Source: Escherichia coli
Lineage (GTDB): Bacteria > Pseudomonadota > Gammaproteobacteria > Enterobacterales > Enterobacteriaceae
Reading direction: 5' to 3' (one strand)
NCBI RefSeq assembly: GCF_048403405.1
Contig: NZ_CP183129.1
DNA length: 64,000 nucleotides
Shown: positions 33,154-45,408 of the stretch, piece after piece
How positions within the stretch are numbered: position 1 is the first letter of the stretch
How the letters are laid out: every line of letters starts with the position of its first letter
Position numbers and translations under genes: made by a program
The notes under the pieces: model-generated
Databases searched by the model: none
Seen by the model: the letters and a program-made list of their open reading frames with translations, nothing else
Told to the model about the DNA's origin: nothing

Positions 33154-34563
33154 ATGTCCGCTGAACACGTACTGACGATGCTGAACGAGCACGAAGTGAA
33201 GTTTGTTGATTTGCGCTTCACCGATACCAAAGGTAAAGAACAGCACGTCACTATCCCTGCTCATCAGGTGAATGCTGAATTCTTCGAAGAAGGCAAAATG
33301 TTTGACGGCTCCTCGATTGGCGGCTGGAAAGGCATTAACGAATCCGACATGGTGCTGATGCCAGACGCATCCACCGCAGTGATTGATCCGTTCTTCGCCG
33401 ATTCTACCCTGATTATCCGTTGCGACATCCTTGAACCTGGTACCCTGCAAGGCTATGACCGTGACCCGCGCTCCATCGCGAAGCGCGCTGAAGATTACCT
33501 GCGTTCCACTGGCATTGCCGACACCGTACTGTTCGGGCCAGAACCTGAATTCTTCCTGTTCGATGACATCCGTTTCGGATCTTCTATCTCCGGTTCCCAC
33601 GTTGCTATCGACGATATCGAAGGCGCATGGAACTCCTCCACCCAATATGAAGGTGGTAACAAAGGTCACCGTCCGGCAGTGAAAGGCGGTTACTTCCCGG
33701 TTCCGCCGGTAGACTCTGCTCAGGATATTCGTTCTGAAATGTGTCTGGTGATGGAACAGATGGGTCTGGTGGTTGAAGCCCATCACCACGAAGTAGCGAC
33801 TGCTGGTCAGAACGAAGTGGCTACCCGCTTCAATACCATGACCAAAAAAGCTGACGAAATTCAGATCTACAAATATGTTGTGCACAACGTAGCGCACCGC
33901 TTCGGTAAAACCGCGACCTTTATGCCAAAACCGATGTTCGGTGATAACGGCTCCGGTATGCACTGCCACATGTCGCTGTCTAAAAACGGCGTCAACCTGT
34001 TCGCAGGCGACAAATACGCAGGTCTGTCTGAGCAGGCGCTGTACTATATTGGCGGCGTAATCAAACACGCGAAAGCGATTAATGCCCTGGCAAACCCGAC
34101 CACCAACTCTTACAAGCGTCTGGTCCCGGGCTACGAAGCACCGGTAATGCTGGCTTACTCTGCACGCAACCGTTCTGCGTCTATCCGTATTCCGGTGGTT
34201 TCTTCTCCGAAAGCACGTCGTATCGAAGTACGTTTCCCGGATCCGGCGGCTAACCCGTACCTGTGCTTTGCTGCCCTGCTGATGGCCGGTCTTGATGGTA
34301 TCAAGAACAAGATCCATCCGGGCGAAGCCATGGACAAAAACCTGTATGACCTGCCGCCGGAAGAAGCGAAAGAGATCCCACAGGTTGCTGGTTCTCTGGA
34401 AGAAGCACTGAACGAACTGGATCTGGACCGCGAGTTCCTGAAAGCCGGTGGCGTGTTCACTGATGAAGCGATCGATGCGTACATCGCTCTGCGTCGCGAA
34501 GAAGATGACCGCGTGCGTATGACTCCGCATCCGGTAGAGTTTGAGCTGTACTACAGCGTCTAA
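33154..34563 (+). CDS. glnA: Glutamine synthetase
   Basis: 469-aa [27 protein letters not shown]... Confidence 0.95.
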
Positions 34564-34624
34564 TAGTTGAAGTTGTACTACCCGGCGCAACAACGCCGGG
34601 ATTTAGTTGCCGTGGAAACTTTCA

Positions 34625-34651
34625 GCCCATCTCTGCATGGGCTTTTTTCTC
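34625..34651 (+). terminator. Rho-independent terminator after glnA
   Basis: Hairpin gcccatctctgcatgggc followed by TTTTTT. Confidence 0.65.
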
Positions 34652-34694
34652 CGTCAATTCTCTGATGCTTCGCGCTTTTTATCCGTAAAAAGCT

Positions 34695-34720
34695 ATAATG
34701 CACTAAAATGGTGCAACCTG
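34695..34720 (+). promoter_or_regulatory. NtrC site overlapping glnL promoter
   Basis: gcactaaaatggtgca dyad just upstream of glnL. Confidence 0.5.
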
Positions 34721-34736
34721 TTCAGGAGACTGCTTT

Positions 34737-35786
34737 ATGGCAACAGGCACGCAGCCCGATGCTGGGCAGATCCTCAACTCGCTGATTAACAGTATTTTGT
34801 TAATCGATGACAACCTGGCGATCCATTACGCCAACCCCGCCGCGCAACAACTGCTCGCCCAAAGCTCCCGCAAATTGTTTGGTACGCCGTTACCGGAACT
34901 GTTGAGCTACTTCTCATTAAATATCGAGCTGATGCAAGAAAGTCTGGAGGCGGGGCAAGGCTTTACCGATAACGAAGTGACGCTGGTCATCGACGGGCGC
35001 TCGCATATCCTTTCTGTGACGGCCCAGCGTATGCCGGACGGCATGATCCTGCTGGAGATGGCTCCGATGGATAACCAGCGCCGCTTAAGTCAGGAACAGC
35101 TACAGCACGCCCAGCAGGTTGCTGCCCGTGATTTAGTGCGCGGCCTGGCACATGAGATTAAAAATCCGCTTGGCGGTTTACGTGGCGCGGCGCAGCTGCT
35201 CAGCAAAGCATTACCTGACCCGTCACTACTCGAATATACCAAAGTGATTATCGAACAGGCGGACCGGCTGCGAAATCTGGTCGACCGTCTGTTGGGACCG
35301 CAACTGCCCGGTACGCGCGTTACCGAAAGTATTCATAAAGTGGCTGAACGCGTGGTGACGCTGGTGTCGATGGAACTGCCGGACAACGTGCGGTTGATTC
35401 GTGATTACGACCCCAGCCTGCCGGAACTGGCGCACGACCCGGATCAAATTGAGCAAGTGCTCCTGAATATTGTGCGCAATGCGCTACAGGCGCTGGGGCC
35501 AGAGGGTGGTGAAATCATTCTGCGTACCCGCACAGCTTTCCAACTGACCTTACACGGCGAGCGTTATCGGCTGGCGGCGCGAATTGATGTGGAAGATAAC
35601 GGGCCAGGTATTCCGCCTCATTTGCAGGATACACTGTTTTACCCGATGGTCAGCGGCCGCGAAGGTGGCACCGGGCTTGGCTTATCCATCGCCCGTAATT
35701 TGATTGATCAGCATTCAGGCAAAATTGAATTTACCAGTTGGCCAGGTCATACCGAGTTCTCGGTTTACCTGCCTATCAGGAAATAA
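34737..35786 (+). CDS. glnL: Nitrogen regulation sensor histidine kinase NtrB
   Basis: 349-aa ORF with H-box HEIKNPL. Confidence 0.9.
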
Positions 35787-35797
35787 AGGTGACGTTT

Positions 35798-37207
35798 ATG
35801 CAACGAGGGATAGTCTGGGTAGTCGATGACGATAGTTCCATCCGTTGGGTGCTTGAACGTGCGCTCGCTGGAGCGGGTTTAACCTGTACAACATTTGAGA
35901 ACGGCGCGGAGGTACTGGAGGCGCTGGCGAGCAAAACGCCGGATGTGCTGCTTTCAGATATCCGTATGCCGGGAATGGACGGGCTGGCGCTGCTCAAGCA
36001 GATTAAACAGCGCCATCCGATGCTTCCGGTCATCATTATGACCGCACATTCCGATCTGGATGCTGCCGTCAGCGCCTATCAACAAGGGGCATTTGATTAT
36101 CTGCCCAAACCGTTTGATATCGACGAAGCCGTGGCGCTGGTTGAGCGCGCCATCAGTCATTACCAAGAACAGCAGCAGCCGCGTAATGTTCAGCTTAACG
36201 GCCCAACGACCGATATCATCGGCGAAGCGCCAGCCATGCAGGACGTGTTCCGTATTATCGGTCGGCTTTCGCGTTCTTCTATTAGCGTGCTGATTAACGG
36301 CGAATCCGGCACCGGTAAAGAGCTGGTCGCTCATGCCCTGCATCGCCACAGTCCGCGAGCCAAAGCGCCGTTTATCGCGCTGAATATGGCGGCTATCCCG
36401 AAGGATTTGATCGAATCAGAACTGTTTGGTCACGAGAAAGGCGCGTTTACTGGCGCGAACACCATTCGTCAGGGGCGTTTTGAACAGGCCGATGGCGGCA
36501 CGTTATTTCTCGACGAAATTGGTGATATGCCGCTGGATGTGCAGACGCGTTTGCTGCGCGTGCTGGCAGACGGTCAGTTTTATCGCGTTGGCGGCTATGC
36601 GCCGGTGAAAGTGGATGTGCGGATTATCGCTGCCACTCACCAGAATCTTGAACAGCGGGTGCAGGAAGGTAAGTTCCGTGAGGATCTGTTCCACCGCCTG
36701 AACGTCATCCGCGTTCATCTGCCACCACTGCGTGAGCGTCGGGAAGATATTCCCCGCCTGGCACGCCATTTTTTACAGGTTGCCGCGCGCGAACTGGGCG
36801 TAGAAGCGAAGTTACTGCATCCGGAAACCGAAGCCGCGCTGACGCGTCTGGCGTGGCCAGGCAACGTGCGCCAGCTGGAAAACACCTGCCGCTGGCTAAC
36901 GGTAATGGCTGCCGGACAGGAAGTGTTGATTCAGGATTTGCCTGGCGAACTGTTTGAATCAACGGTTGCGGAGAGTACTTCGCAAATGCAACCGGACAGT
37001 TGGGCGACGCTGTTAGCGCAGTGGGCAGACAGGGCGCTGCGTTCCGGTCATCAAAATCTGCTTTCCGAAGCGCAGCCTGAGCTGGAGCGGACGTTACTGA
37101 CCACCGCGCTGCGACATACGCAGGGGCATAAACAGGAAGCGGCGCGGCTACTCGGCTGGGGGCGTAACACTCTGACGCGGAAGTTAAAAGAGCTGGGGAT
37201 GGAGTGA
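35798..37207 (+). CDS. glnG: Nitrogen regulation response regulator NtrC (sigma-54 activator)
   Basis: Start at [12 protein letters not shown]; receiver domain, AAA+ [14 protein letters not shown] motif, C-terminal HTH; 469 aa. Confidence 0.9.
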   Translation: MQRGIVWVVDDDSSIRWVLERALAGAGLTCTTFENGAEVLEALASKTPDVLLSDIRMPGMDGLALLKQIKQRHPMLPVIIMTAHSDLDAAVSAYQQGAFDYLPKPFDIDEAVALVERAISHYQEQQQPRNVQLNGPTTDIIGEAPAMQDVFRIIGRLSRSSISVLINGESGTGKELVAHALHRHSPRAKAPFIALNMAAIPKDLIESELFGHEKGAFTGANTIRQGRFEQADGGTLFLDEIGDMPLDVQTRLLRVLADGQFYRVGGYAPVKVDVRIIAATHQNLEQRVQEGKFREDLFHRLNVIRVHLPPLRERREDIPRLARHFLQVAARELGVEAKLLHPETEAALTRLAWPGNVRQLENTCRWLTVMAAGQEVLIQDLPGELFESTVAESTSQMQPDSWATLLAQWADRALRSGHQNLLSEAQPELERTLLTTALRHTQGHKQEAARLLGWGRNTLTRKLKELGME

Positions 37208-37318
37208 TTCACGGCTTGTGTGTAAAGATTGATTATTGAGCGCAAATTGCTGGTATTTTGCGCTTTACTGTTCCGATAAGTTCAGTATGATCTTGCCCGG
37301 AAAACGGGGAGAGTCATT

Positions 37319-37429
37319 ATGCTGGAATCAATAATTAATCTGGTATCGAGTGGCGCAGTTGACAGCCACACACCGCAAACTGCCGTTGCTGCCGTGCTGT
37401 GTGCCGCGATGATTGGGCTGTTTAGCTGA
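37319..37429 (+). CDS. yshB: Small membrane protein YshB (36 aa)
   Basis: Short ORF MLESIINLVSSGAVDSHTPQTAVAAVLCAAMIGLFS preceded by GGGGAGAG SD; below the ORF-track size cutoff. Confidence 0.6.
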   Translation: MLESIINLVSSGAVDSHTPQTAVAAVLCAAMIGLFS

Positions 37430-37439
37430 GTTTCAGATT

Positions 37440-37560
37440 GCTGATGAAGTGCTCTTTGTTCATGCCGGATGCGGCGTGAACGCCTTATCCGGTCTACAAA
37501 AGCAATATTTTCAACAGGTTTTGTAGGCCTGATAAGCGTAGCGCATCAGGCAATCTTGTT
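37440..37560. repeat. REP element cluster
   Basis: gccggatgcggcgtgaacgccttatccggtctac and related palindromic units. Confidence 0.7.
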
Positions 37561-37618
37561 CTCAGCACATTGATGGCGCTTTCGTTTTCTACTTTGTAAA
37601 CGAAGCGCCATTCACTAT

Positions 37619-38992
37619 TTAAATCACCCGTGAGAACTGCTGCATCCGCGCTTTCTGGCGCAGATAGGTATCAAAGCACATGCAAATGTTGCGGATCAGC
37701 AAGCGACCTTTCGCCGTCACCTGAATCCCCTTCTCATCCACATCCACCAGCCCATCTTTTGCTAACGGGGCGAGCAGCTTGAGATCTTCGGCAAAGTAAT
37801 CAGCGAAGTGCAAATCCCACTGTTGCTCAATGGGAGCGTAATCCAGACGGAAGTTGCAGATGAGCGACTTAATCACATCGCGGCGAATACAGTCATCACG
37901 CGTTAGCGCAATACCACGCCACAGCGCATTGCCTTGTTCATCCACTTGCTGATAGTACTGCTTCAACTCTTTCTGGTTCTGCGCGTAGCAGTCGCCAATC
38001 ATGCTGATGGCGGAAACGCCCATCCCCAGCAGATCGGTATCGCCCTGAGTGGTGTAGCCCTGGAAGTTACGATGCAGCACGCCTTCACGCTGGGCCACCG
38101 CCAGTTCGTCATCAGGACGGGCAAAGTGATCCATACCGATAAACTGATAGCCCGATTGCGTCAGGAAGGCGATGGTTTCCTGCAGGATATCGAGTTTTTG
38201 CTGCGGACTCGGCAAGTCAGCATCTTTGATTTTGCGCTGAGCAGCAAAAATGGTCGGCAGATGCGCATAGTTAAAGACGCTCAGACGATCGGGGTTCAGC
38301 TCCGCCACGCGTTTCAGGGTAAAAGCGAAACTCTCCGGCGTTTGTTTCGGCAGGCCGTAAATCAGGTCGATGTTGGTGGAGGTAAAACCAATCTCACGCG
38401 CATGGTTAAGCAGTGCAAAGATGAACTCTTCATCCTGCTCGCGGTTAACCAGACGTTGCACTTCTTTGTTGAAGTCCTGCACGCCCATGCTCAGGCGATT
38501 AAAGCCCTCGGCGCGTAAATGATCGAGTACATCCAGTTCGATTTCGCGCGGATCGACTTCGATCGAAATCTCCGCATCGGCATTGAACTGGAAGTTTTCG
38601 CGCAGCAGCTTCATCAGACGGCTGATTTGCGCTTTGTTCAGATACGTCGGCGTACCACCGCCCCAGTGCAGCTGGCTCACCTTGCGCCCGGCAAAAAGCG
38701 GTGCACGATGGACGATTTCTTGCTCCAGCGCGTCCAGATACTGATCGGCCTTGTGCTGCTGGCGAGTAACAATCTTATTGCAACCGCAGAAGTAACAAAG
38801 CTTATGGCAGAACGGAATATGTACGTAGAGAGATAATGGACGCTCAGGATAGCGCGCCACGGCTTGTAAAAACGCCTGTTCGCCGAAGTCTTCTGAAAAC
38901 TCCAGCGCGGTCGGGTACGAGGTGTATCGTGGCCCGGAATAGTTATATTTCTGGATCAGGGCCAGATCCCAGTCGATTTGCTGTACAGACAT
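37619..38992 (-). CDS. hemN: Oxygen-independent coproporphyrinogen III oxidase (radical SAM)
   Basis: ORF 37619-38998; CxxxCxxC radical SAM motif (CHKLCYFCGC). Confidence 0.9.
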   Translation of the reverse strand: MSVQQIDWDLALIQKYNYSGPRYTSYPTALEFSEDFGEQAFLQAVARYPERPLSLYVHIPFCHKLCYFCGCNKIVTRQQHKADQYLDALEQEIVHRAPLFAGRKVSQLHWGGGTPTYLNKAQISRLMKLLRENFQFNADAEISIEVDPREIELDVLDHLRAEGFNRLSMGVQDFNKEVQRLVNREQDEEFIFALLNHAREIGFTSTNIDLIYGLPKQTPESFAFTLKRVAELNPDRLSVFNYAHLPTIFAAQRKIKDADLPSPQQKLDILQETIAFLTQSGYQFIGMDHFARPDDELAVAQREGVLHRNFQGYTTQGDTDLLGMGVSAISMIGDCYAQNQKELKQYYQQVDEQGNALWRGIALTRDDCIRRDVIKSLICNFRLDYAPIEQQWDLHFADYFAEDLKLLAPLAKDGLVDVDEKGIQVTAKGRLLIRNICMCFDTYLRQKARMQQFSRVI

Positions 38993-39180
38993 GCTCACTC
39001 CTTCCGATGGCGTCTCTGGCGGCTACGGCGTACCGGCGGATGCCCGTTTCGGGTCATCAGCCGGTTGCGCAGCCACTTTTGTCGCCGCGACAACCGCTGT
39101 AGTTTAACGAATAACCACACCAGATAACATATAACCGGAAGGGTTATCAGCAGAACGGGAAGGCCCACGGCGGCAATCCG

Positions 39181-39690
39181 TTAGTTGCCCCGCAGCAGAC
39201 GCATCATGTCTTCTTGCTTCTCGTCTTCTTCCTCTTCTTCGTCATCGTCATAAGAGAGGCCGAGCTTCTGCATCAACTCATCAATACGATCCAGCTTGGC
39301 ATCCACCCAGGATTGCTCTTCGGCGCTCAGGGTTTCGCCTGCTTCCAGACGTTCCAGCAGCGCATCCAGACGCTCATCCGTTTCCAGTAACTCCAACTCC
39401 GCCTGCGGTGAAAGCATAGGTTTCTCACTCTTCGGTTTGTGCTGTTTGGTGACTTTTTCAGTCACGCCCAATGGAATAGGGGTTTTACTGCCAATACGTG
39501 GATCTTTCGGTGCGTTCTGGCCTTTGCTGCCTGACGTGGTGTTACCGCCCGCTGCGCGGCTGCCCGGCGCATGACCACGACGTTTTTTCTGACGCTTACG
39601 GTCACGAGCTTCCTGATCCAGCTCCTCGCGTGTTTTTCGACGCGCTTTTGCAAGACCTTTGCTGCGTGAGTTTGAAGATGATGGTTTCAT
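39181..39690 (-). CDS. yihI: Der GTPase-activating protein YihI
   Basis: ORF 39181-39753; start at [12 protein letters not shown] giving 169 aa; highly basic N-terminus and acidic C-terminus. Confidence 0.85.
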   Translation of the reverse strand: MKPSSSNSRSKGLAKARRKTREELDQEARDRKRQKKRRGHAPGSRAAGGNTTSGSKGQNAPKDPRIGSKTPIPLGVTEKVTKQHKPKSEKPMLSPQAELELLETDERLDALLERLEAGETLSAEEQSWVDAKLDRIDELMQKLGLSYDDDEEEEEDEKQEDMMRLLRGN

Positions 39691-39756
39691 AATGGTTCGT
39701 CTTTTAGCCGTTTTATTCAGTATAGATTTGCGGCGGAATCTAACAGAAAGCAAGCA

Positions 39757-40001
39757 AAGAAAAAAGGCGACAGATTACTCTGTCGCCTTTTTTCCTGACT
39801 CATAACCCTTAACGGGTCTTACAATCCTTGCAGGCCGCCAACACACCCTGTTTTTCCATTAGCCGGAACAATCCGTGTTGATTCCATTTCCGTTTAATTA
39901 CGTCTCCGGACGTTTGTCTTCCTGACAATCCTCTGTCTTCGCCTCCTGGCGCTCCTGACCCTCATCCTGAGTCATTGTTCCTGTTAGCGTCCTCGCTCTA
40001 T
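39757..40001 (-). ncRNA. csrC: CsrC small RNA (CsrA-sequestering)
   Basis: Reverse complement reads ATAGAGCGAGGACGCTAACAGGAACAATGACTCAGGATGAGGGTCAGGAGCGCCAGGAGG... with multiple GGA motifs and a terminal hairpin GGCGACAGA...TCTGTCGCC plus T-run; matches CsrC as I recall it. Confidence 0.85.
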
Positions 40002-40271
40002 GGGTGCTACTTTACGCCTTTGCTTTAAACAAACAATCAACCGCCATCAGTATTTGCACATTTTCAGAGTTTTATATAAAAGCAATTAACTGATTTATAT
40101 AGCTTATTTGACATGCATCGCAGAATTTTCTCTGCTATTTCGCATAAAGACTATCGGCAATGTCTCACAAAGCGTATGGCTTTTACTTACAACGCTCACG
40201 CCGAAAAATCCGCCTTTTATTATGGTTCAGGTATAATCGCCGCAAAGCTTTGACTGACGGAGACGACCGCT

Positions 40272-40904
40272 TTGACTAATTTGAATTATCAACAGACGCA
40301 TTTTGTGATGAGTGCGCCTGATATTCGCCACCTACCTTCCGATACCGGAATTGAAGTGGCTTTTGCAGGCCGTTCCAACGCAGGTAAATCCAGCGCGCTG
40401 AACACGCTGACTAACCAGAAAAGCCTGGCTCGTACCTCAAAAACCCCAGGGCGCACCCAGCTTATCAACCTGTTTGAAGTGGCTGACGGCAAGCGTCTGG
40501 TTGACCTGCCCGGCTATGGCTACGCGGAAGTCCCGGAAGAGATGAAGCGCAAATGGCAACGCGCGCTCGGCGAATACCTCGAAAAACGTCAGAGCCTGCA
40601 AGGTCTGGTGGTGCTAATGGATATTCGCCATCCGCTGAAAGATTTGGATCAACAGATGATTGAGTGGGCGGTAGACAGCAATATCGCCGTGCTGGTGCTG
40701 CTGACCAAAGCGGACAAACTGGCAAGCGGCGCACGTAAAGCGCAATTGAATATGGTGCGTGAAGCGGTGCTGGCGTTTAACGGTGATGTGCAGGTTGAAA
40801 CGTTCTCTTCACTGAAGAAACAAGGCGTGGACAAGCTGCGGCAGAAACTGGATACCTGGTTTAGCGAGATGCAGCCTGTAGAAGAAACGCAGGACGGCGA
40901 ATGA
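40272..40904 (+). CDS. engB: Ribosome biogenesis GTP-binding protein EngB (YihA)
   Basis: 210-aa ORF from TTG start; G1 motif GRSNAGKSS. Confidence 0.9.
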
Positions 40905-40924
40905 TTTTCTTGCCTTAATGCTTG

Positions 40925-41010
40925 TGCCGGATGTGGCGTATCCGGCCCGTAAATTCAATAGATTACGATTTTACCGTTGGCCTGATAAACATGGCGTATC
41001 AGGCATTACG
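40925..41010. repeat. REP elements
   Basis: gccggatgtggcgtatccggc / cctgataaacatggcgtatcaggc palindromic units. Confidence 0.65.
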
Positions 41011-41029
41011 GATCTTTTCTTTCGCCCAA

Positions 41030-41138
41030 TAAAAAACGCCCCAGTCATTACTGACTGGGGCGGCTAAAATATTCAGCCAAATCCGATTACGTGAAGTAAA
41101 AGGTCTGAAAGATAGAACATCTTACCTCTGTACCCTAC
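41030..41138 (-). ncRNA. spf: Spot 42 small RNA
   Basis: Reverse complement reads GTAGGGTACAGAGGTAAGATGTTCTATCTTTCAGACCTTTTACTTCACGTAATCGGATTTGGCTGAATATTTTAGCCGCCCCAGTCAGTAATGACTGGGGCGTTTTTTA, the Spot 42 sequence with its terminator. Confidence 0.9.
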
Positions 41139-41285
41139 GCGACTAACTTTACTCTTTTTTGTTCAGTTCAGAAAGCACTTTTTGTAATTTTTTTTCAGTT
41201 GTTGCATAGGAATTTCTAATAGCCATCACAAAACGTGACAGCTTATGTTGCTTACTTACGAAAAAAGGGCATGTTCAGGCGAATC

Positions 41286-44072
41286 TTAGTGCGCCTGATC
41301 CCAGTTTTCGCCACTCCCCACTTCCACCAGCAACGGCACATCCAGACGGGTACAGTTTTCCATCAGTTGATGAATCTGCTTCGCGACGGCATCGACATCA
41401 TCTTTATGAACTTCAAATACCAGTTCATCGTGTACCTGCATGATCATACGTACACGCGGTTGCTCAGCCTGTAGCCACGCATCAACGGCAATCATCGCCC
41501 GTTTGATAATGTCGGCGGCGGTTCCCTGCATTGGCGCGTTAATGGCTGCACGTTCAGCCGCTGCACGACGAGCACCATTGCTGGATTTGATATCCGGCAG
41601 ATACAGACGGCGTCCGTCCAGCGTTTCAACGTAGCCCTGCTCTTTCGCCTGAGCACGGGTGCGTTCCATATACTCCAGCACGCCAGGGTAGCGTTCGAAG
41701 TAAAGGTCCATGTACTTCTGCGCTTCTTTACGTGGAATGTTCAATTGCCGCGCCAGACCGAAAGCACTCATGCCATAAATCAGACCAAAGTTGATCGCTT
41801 TCGCGCTACGGCGTTGCTCGCTGGTGACGGTTTCCAGTGGCAAACCAAACACTTCTGCCGCCGTTGCCCGGTGGATATCTTTTCCTTCCGCGAATGCGGT
41901 CAGCAAGCCTTTGTCACGCGAGAGATGCGCCATAATGCGCAGTTCAATCTGCGAGTAGTCCGCTGAGACAATCACATAATCCTCTGGCGCAATAAACGCC
42001 TGGCGGATACGACGACCTTCTTCGTTACGCACCGGAATGTTTTGCAGGTTAGGATCGGTTGACGATAAACGTCCCGTTGCAGTTACTGCCTGGTGATAAG
42101 AGGTATGCACACGCCCGGTTTTCGGGTTGATCATCAGCGGCAGCTTGTCGGTGTAAGTCGACTTCAGCTTCGCCAGACCACGATACTCCAGAATCACTTT
42201 TGGCAACGGATAGTCCAGCGCCAGTTCTTCCAGTACCTCTTCCGACGTTGACGGCGCGCCACCCGGCGTTTTCTTCAGCGGTTTAATGCCCTGTTTTTCA
42301 AACAGAATGGTTTGTAACTGCTTGGTGGAAGAAAGGTTAAATTCCTCACCTGCAATTTCATGCGCTTTCTTTTCCAGCTCAGCCAGACGAAGGGTGAGCT
42401 CTTCAGAATGATTGTGCAGCACTTTCGGATCGATCTTCACACCGTTACGTTCAATGCGTGAAAGCACCGGCACCAGCGGCATTTCGATATTCTCGAAGAC
42501 GTTCAACGGCCCTTTGTGTTTTTGCAGATCCGGCCACATTTTCAGATGCAACTGCAAGGTGACATCTGCATCTTCGGCGGCGTAACGTCCGGCCTCTTCG
42601 AGGGCAATCTGGTTAAAGGTCAGTTGATTTTTGCCTTTACCAGCAATCTCTTCAAAAGTGATGGTTTTGTGCTTCAACCAACGTTCCGCGAGGCTGTCCA
42701 TATCGTGACGCCCGGCAACGCTATTGAGAATGTAGGACTCCAGCATGGTATCAAACGCAATCCCACGCAGCTCAATGCCGTAGTTCGCCAGAATACCGCG
42801 ATCGTATTTCAGGTTTTGCCCGACCTTCAGCGCCTTTTCATCTTCCAGCAGCGGTTTTAGCAACTCGAGTGCTCGCTCGCGAGAGATTTGATCGGGCGCA
42901 TCAAGATAATCATGAGCAACCGGAATATATGCCGCTACGCCTGGCTCGATAGCAAAAGAAAGCCCGACCAGGTTGGCAGAGATGTTATCGAGGCTGTCGG
43001 TTTCGGTATCAAATGCAAATACCGGCGCTTTTTCCAGCTTCGCAATCCACGCTTTCAGTGTTTCTTCATCAAGGATGGTGACGTAGTTGTCATAAGAAAT
43101 CACCGTTGCCGTCACTTCTGGTGCTTCGTCTGTAACACTGGTTTCCTGCGGCCTGGCTGCGGGTTTCGCCCCTTTAGCCTGTAACCATTTGCCCGCTTCG
43201 ACATCAGCAGTCCAGCGTTTGAACTCATACTTTTTGAACAGCCCCAACAACTCTTCCGCCGCCGGTTGCTGCACTTCCAGTTGTTCACAGGTCAGCTCCA
43301 GTTCAACGTCGGTTTTAATCGTCGCCAGCTGGTATGAGAGATAAGCAACCTCTTTGTTTTGCTCGAGCTTCGCTGCCATTGTTTTCGCGCCACGGAAGCT
43401 CAACCCAGCAATTTTTTCTGGTTCGGCATACAGCGTATCCAGTCCGCCAAGACCTTGCAGCAATGCCTGCGCGGTTTTTTCACCGACGCCCGGTACGCCA
43501 GGGATGTTATCAGAGGAGTCACCCATCAGCGCCAGGAAGTCGATGATCAGTTCTGGCGGCACGCCGTACTTATTCACCACCTCTTCCGGGCCGAGGATGG
43601 TATTCGTCATGGTATTGATAAGCGTAATATTTGGCGTCACCAGCTGCGCCATATCTTTATCGCCAGTGCTGATCAGCACCGGACGCCCGGCTTTTTCGGC
43701 TTCCCGCGCCAGAGTACCGATAACGTCGTCCGCTTCTACGCCAGAAACCGCCAGCAGCGGCAGTCCCATCGCTTTAACCATCGCGTGCAAGGGTTCGATT
43801 TGTGCACGCAGATCGTCCGGCATTGGCGGGCGATGTGATTTGTAATGTTCAAACAGTTCATCACGAAAGGTTTTTCCCTTGGCGTCAAAGACCACCGCTG
43901 CATGCGTCGGTTTATATTGCATGATCAGACTGCGCAGCATGTTGAGGACACCATACATCGCACCGGTCGGCTCGCCTGCGCTGTTAGTCAGCGGGGGAAA
44001 CGCGTGATATGCGCGATAAAGATAAGATGAACCATCTACAAGGATAAGTGGATTTTGGGGGATCTGAACCAT
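41286..44072 (-). CDS. polA: DNA polymerase I
   Basis: 928-aa ORF, 5'-3' exonuclease, 3'-5' exonuclease and polymerase domains in expected order. Confidence 0.95.
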   Translation of the reverse strand: MVQIPQNPLILVDGSSYLYRAYHAFPPLTNSAGEPTGAMYGVLNMLRSLIMQYKPTHAAVVFDAKGKTFRDELFEHYKSHRPPMPDDLRAQIEPLHAMVKAMGLPLLAVSGVEADDVIGTLAREAEKAGRPVLISTGDKDMAQLVTPNITLINTMTNTILGPEEVVNKYGVPPELIIDFLALMGDSSDNIPGVPGVGEKTAQALLQGLGGLDTLYAEPEKIAGLSFRGAKTMAAKLEQNKEVAYLSYQLATIKTDVELELTCEQLEVQQPAAEELLGLFKKYEFKRWTADVEAGKWLQAKGAKPAARPQETSVTDEAPEVTATVISYDNYVTILDEETLKAWIAKLEKAPVFAFDTETDSLDNISANLVGLSFAIEPGVAAYIPVAHDYLDAPDQISRERALELLKPLLEDEKALKVGQNLKYDRGILANYGIELRGIAFDTMLESYILNSVAGRHDMDSLAERWLKHKTITFEEIAGKGKNQLTFNQIALEEAGRYAAEDADVTLQLHLKMWPDLQKHKGPLNVFENIEMPLVPVLSRIERNGVKIDPKVLHNHSEELTLRLAELEKKAHEIAGEEFNLSSTKQLQTILFEKQGIKPLKKTPGGAPSTSEEVLEELALDYPLPKVILEYRGLAKLKSTYTDKLPLMINPKTGRVHTSYHQAVTATGRLSSTDPNLQNIPVRNEEGRRIRQAFIAPEDYVIVSADYSQIELRIMAHLSRDKGLLTAFAEGKDIHRATAAEVFGLPLETVTSEQRRSAKAINFGLIYGMSAFGLARQLNIPRKEAQKYMDLYFERYPGVLEYMERTRAQAKEQGYVETLDGRRLYLPDIKSSNGARRAAAERAAINAPMQGTAADIIKRAMIAVDAWLQAEQPRVRMIMQVHDELVFEVHKDDVDAVAKQIHQLMENCTRLDVPLLVEVGSGENWDQAH

Positions 44073-44195
44073 AATGTCCGTGCCTGTTTATCAGATTATG
44101 GGTAAAGGATGCCACAGACAGGATGAAAACATGAGTTTTTCACCGCTTTTCGTGAAAATCTTTTGTAGATCTTCTGGATCGCTCGCAAATCGTCA

Positions 44196-44204
44196 TGTGG
44201 ATAA
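44196..44204. promoter_or_regulatory. DnaA box (TGTGGATAA) in polA upstream region
   Basis: Exact 9-mer consensus read in the polA-yihG intergenic region. Confidence 0.4.
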
Positions 44205-44435
44205 CTTTGTGCATAAATTATTTACATCGCTTTTAATTTATTATCATGCTTTTTACAGCATGATGTTTGTCTTTGTTTTTCATGAAGTTAAAAATAAGAC
44301 CATCCCTAATAATTGAGATAATGGGATTTTTTCTAATGTGGATAGATATGAATTATTTTTCTCCTTAAGGATCATCCGTTATTTGGGTCGTTTTCTGCTA
44401 AAATCTGCGCCTTGCGCTTCTTTAGCGCACTGTCT

Positions 44436-45368
44436 ATGGCTAACTTTTTGAATAAATTCATTATGACGAGAATACTCGCTGCGATAACCCTTTTGCTGAG
44501 TATCGTATTGACCATTTTGGTCACTATTTTTTGCTCCGTCCCGATCATCATTGCCGGGATTGTAAAACTATTGCTTCCTGTGTCAGTCATTTGGCGAAAG
44601 GTTTCGCGTTTTTGTGATTTTATGATGTATTGCTGGTGTGAAGGTCTGGCGGTATTACTGCATTTGAACCCACACCTGCAATGGGAAGTTCACGGGCTGG
44701 AAGGGTTAAGTAAGAAAAACTGGTATCTGCTTATTTGTAACCACCGTAGTTGGGCAGATATTGTCGTACTGTGCGTGCTGTTTCGTAAGCACATTCCGAT
44801 GAATAAATATTTCCTCAAGCAGCAGCTGGCCTGGGTGCCTTTTCTTGGCCTGGCATGCTGGGCGCTGGATATGCCGTTTATGAAGCGTTATTCCCGCGCT
44901 TATTTATTACGTCATCCGGAGAGACGTGGTAAAGATGTTGAAACTACTCGGCGTTCTTGTGAAAAGTTTCGCCTGCATCCCACCACCATTGTTAATTTCG
45001 TTGAAGGCTCCCGTTTCACGCAAGAAAAACATCAGCAAACGCACTCCACTTTTCAAAACTTGTTGCCACCAAAGGCGGCAGGCATTGCGATGGCGCTAAA
45101 TGTACTGGGTAAACAATTCGATAAACTGCTTAATGTTACGCTGTGTTATCCGGACAATAACCGTCAGCCGTTCTTCGATATGTTAAGCGGTAAACTGACG
45201 CGAATTGTCGTACATGTGGATTTACAGCCTATTGCCGATGAGTTACATGGCGACTACATCAATGACAAAAGCTTTAAGCGCCATTTTCAGCAATGGCTGA
45301 ACTCACTGTGGCAGGAAAAAGACCGACTTCTGACGTCGTTGATGTCATCACAGCGTCAGAATAAGTAA
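44436..45368 (+). CDS. yihG: PlsC-family acyltransferase
   Basis: ORF 44412-45368; start at MANFLNKF about 310 aa; acyltransferase NHRSWADI motif (HX4D). Confidence 0.8.
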   Translation: MANFLNKFIMTRILAAITLLLSIVLTILVTIFCSVPIIIAGIVKLLLPVSVIWRKVSRFCDFMMYCWCEGLAVLLHLNPHLQWEVHGLEGLSKKNWYLLICNHRSWADIVVLCVLFRKHIPMNKYFLKQQLAWVPFLGLACWALDMPFMKRYSRAYLLRHPERRGKDVETTRRSCEKFRLHPTTIVNFVEGSRFTQEKHQQTHSTFQNLLPPKAAGIAMALNVLGKQFDKLLNVTLCYPDNNRQPFFDMLSGKLTRIVVHVDLQPIADELHGDYINDKSFKRHFQQWLNSLWQEKDRLLTSLMSSQRQNK

Positions 45369-45408
45369 GTTTTACTCGCCTCTGAATGAGCAGAGGCGAG
45401 TGAGTATT

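Noticed and set aside
33115-34593. 492-aa minus-strand ORF
   Set aside because: Antisense shadow of glnA.
43354-43845. Overlapping plus-strand ORFs of about 160 aa
   Set aside because: Antisense to polA; no independent signals.
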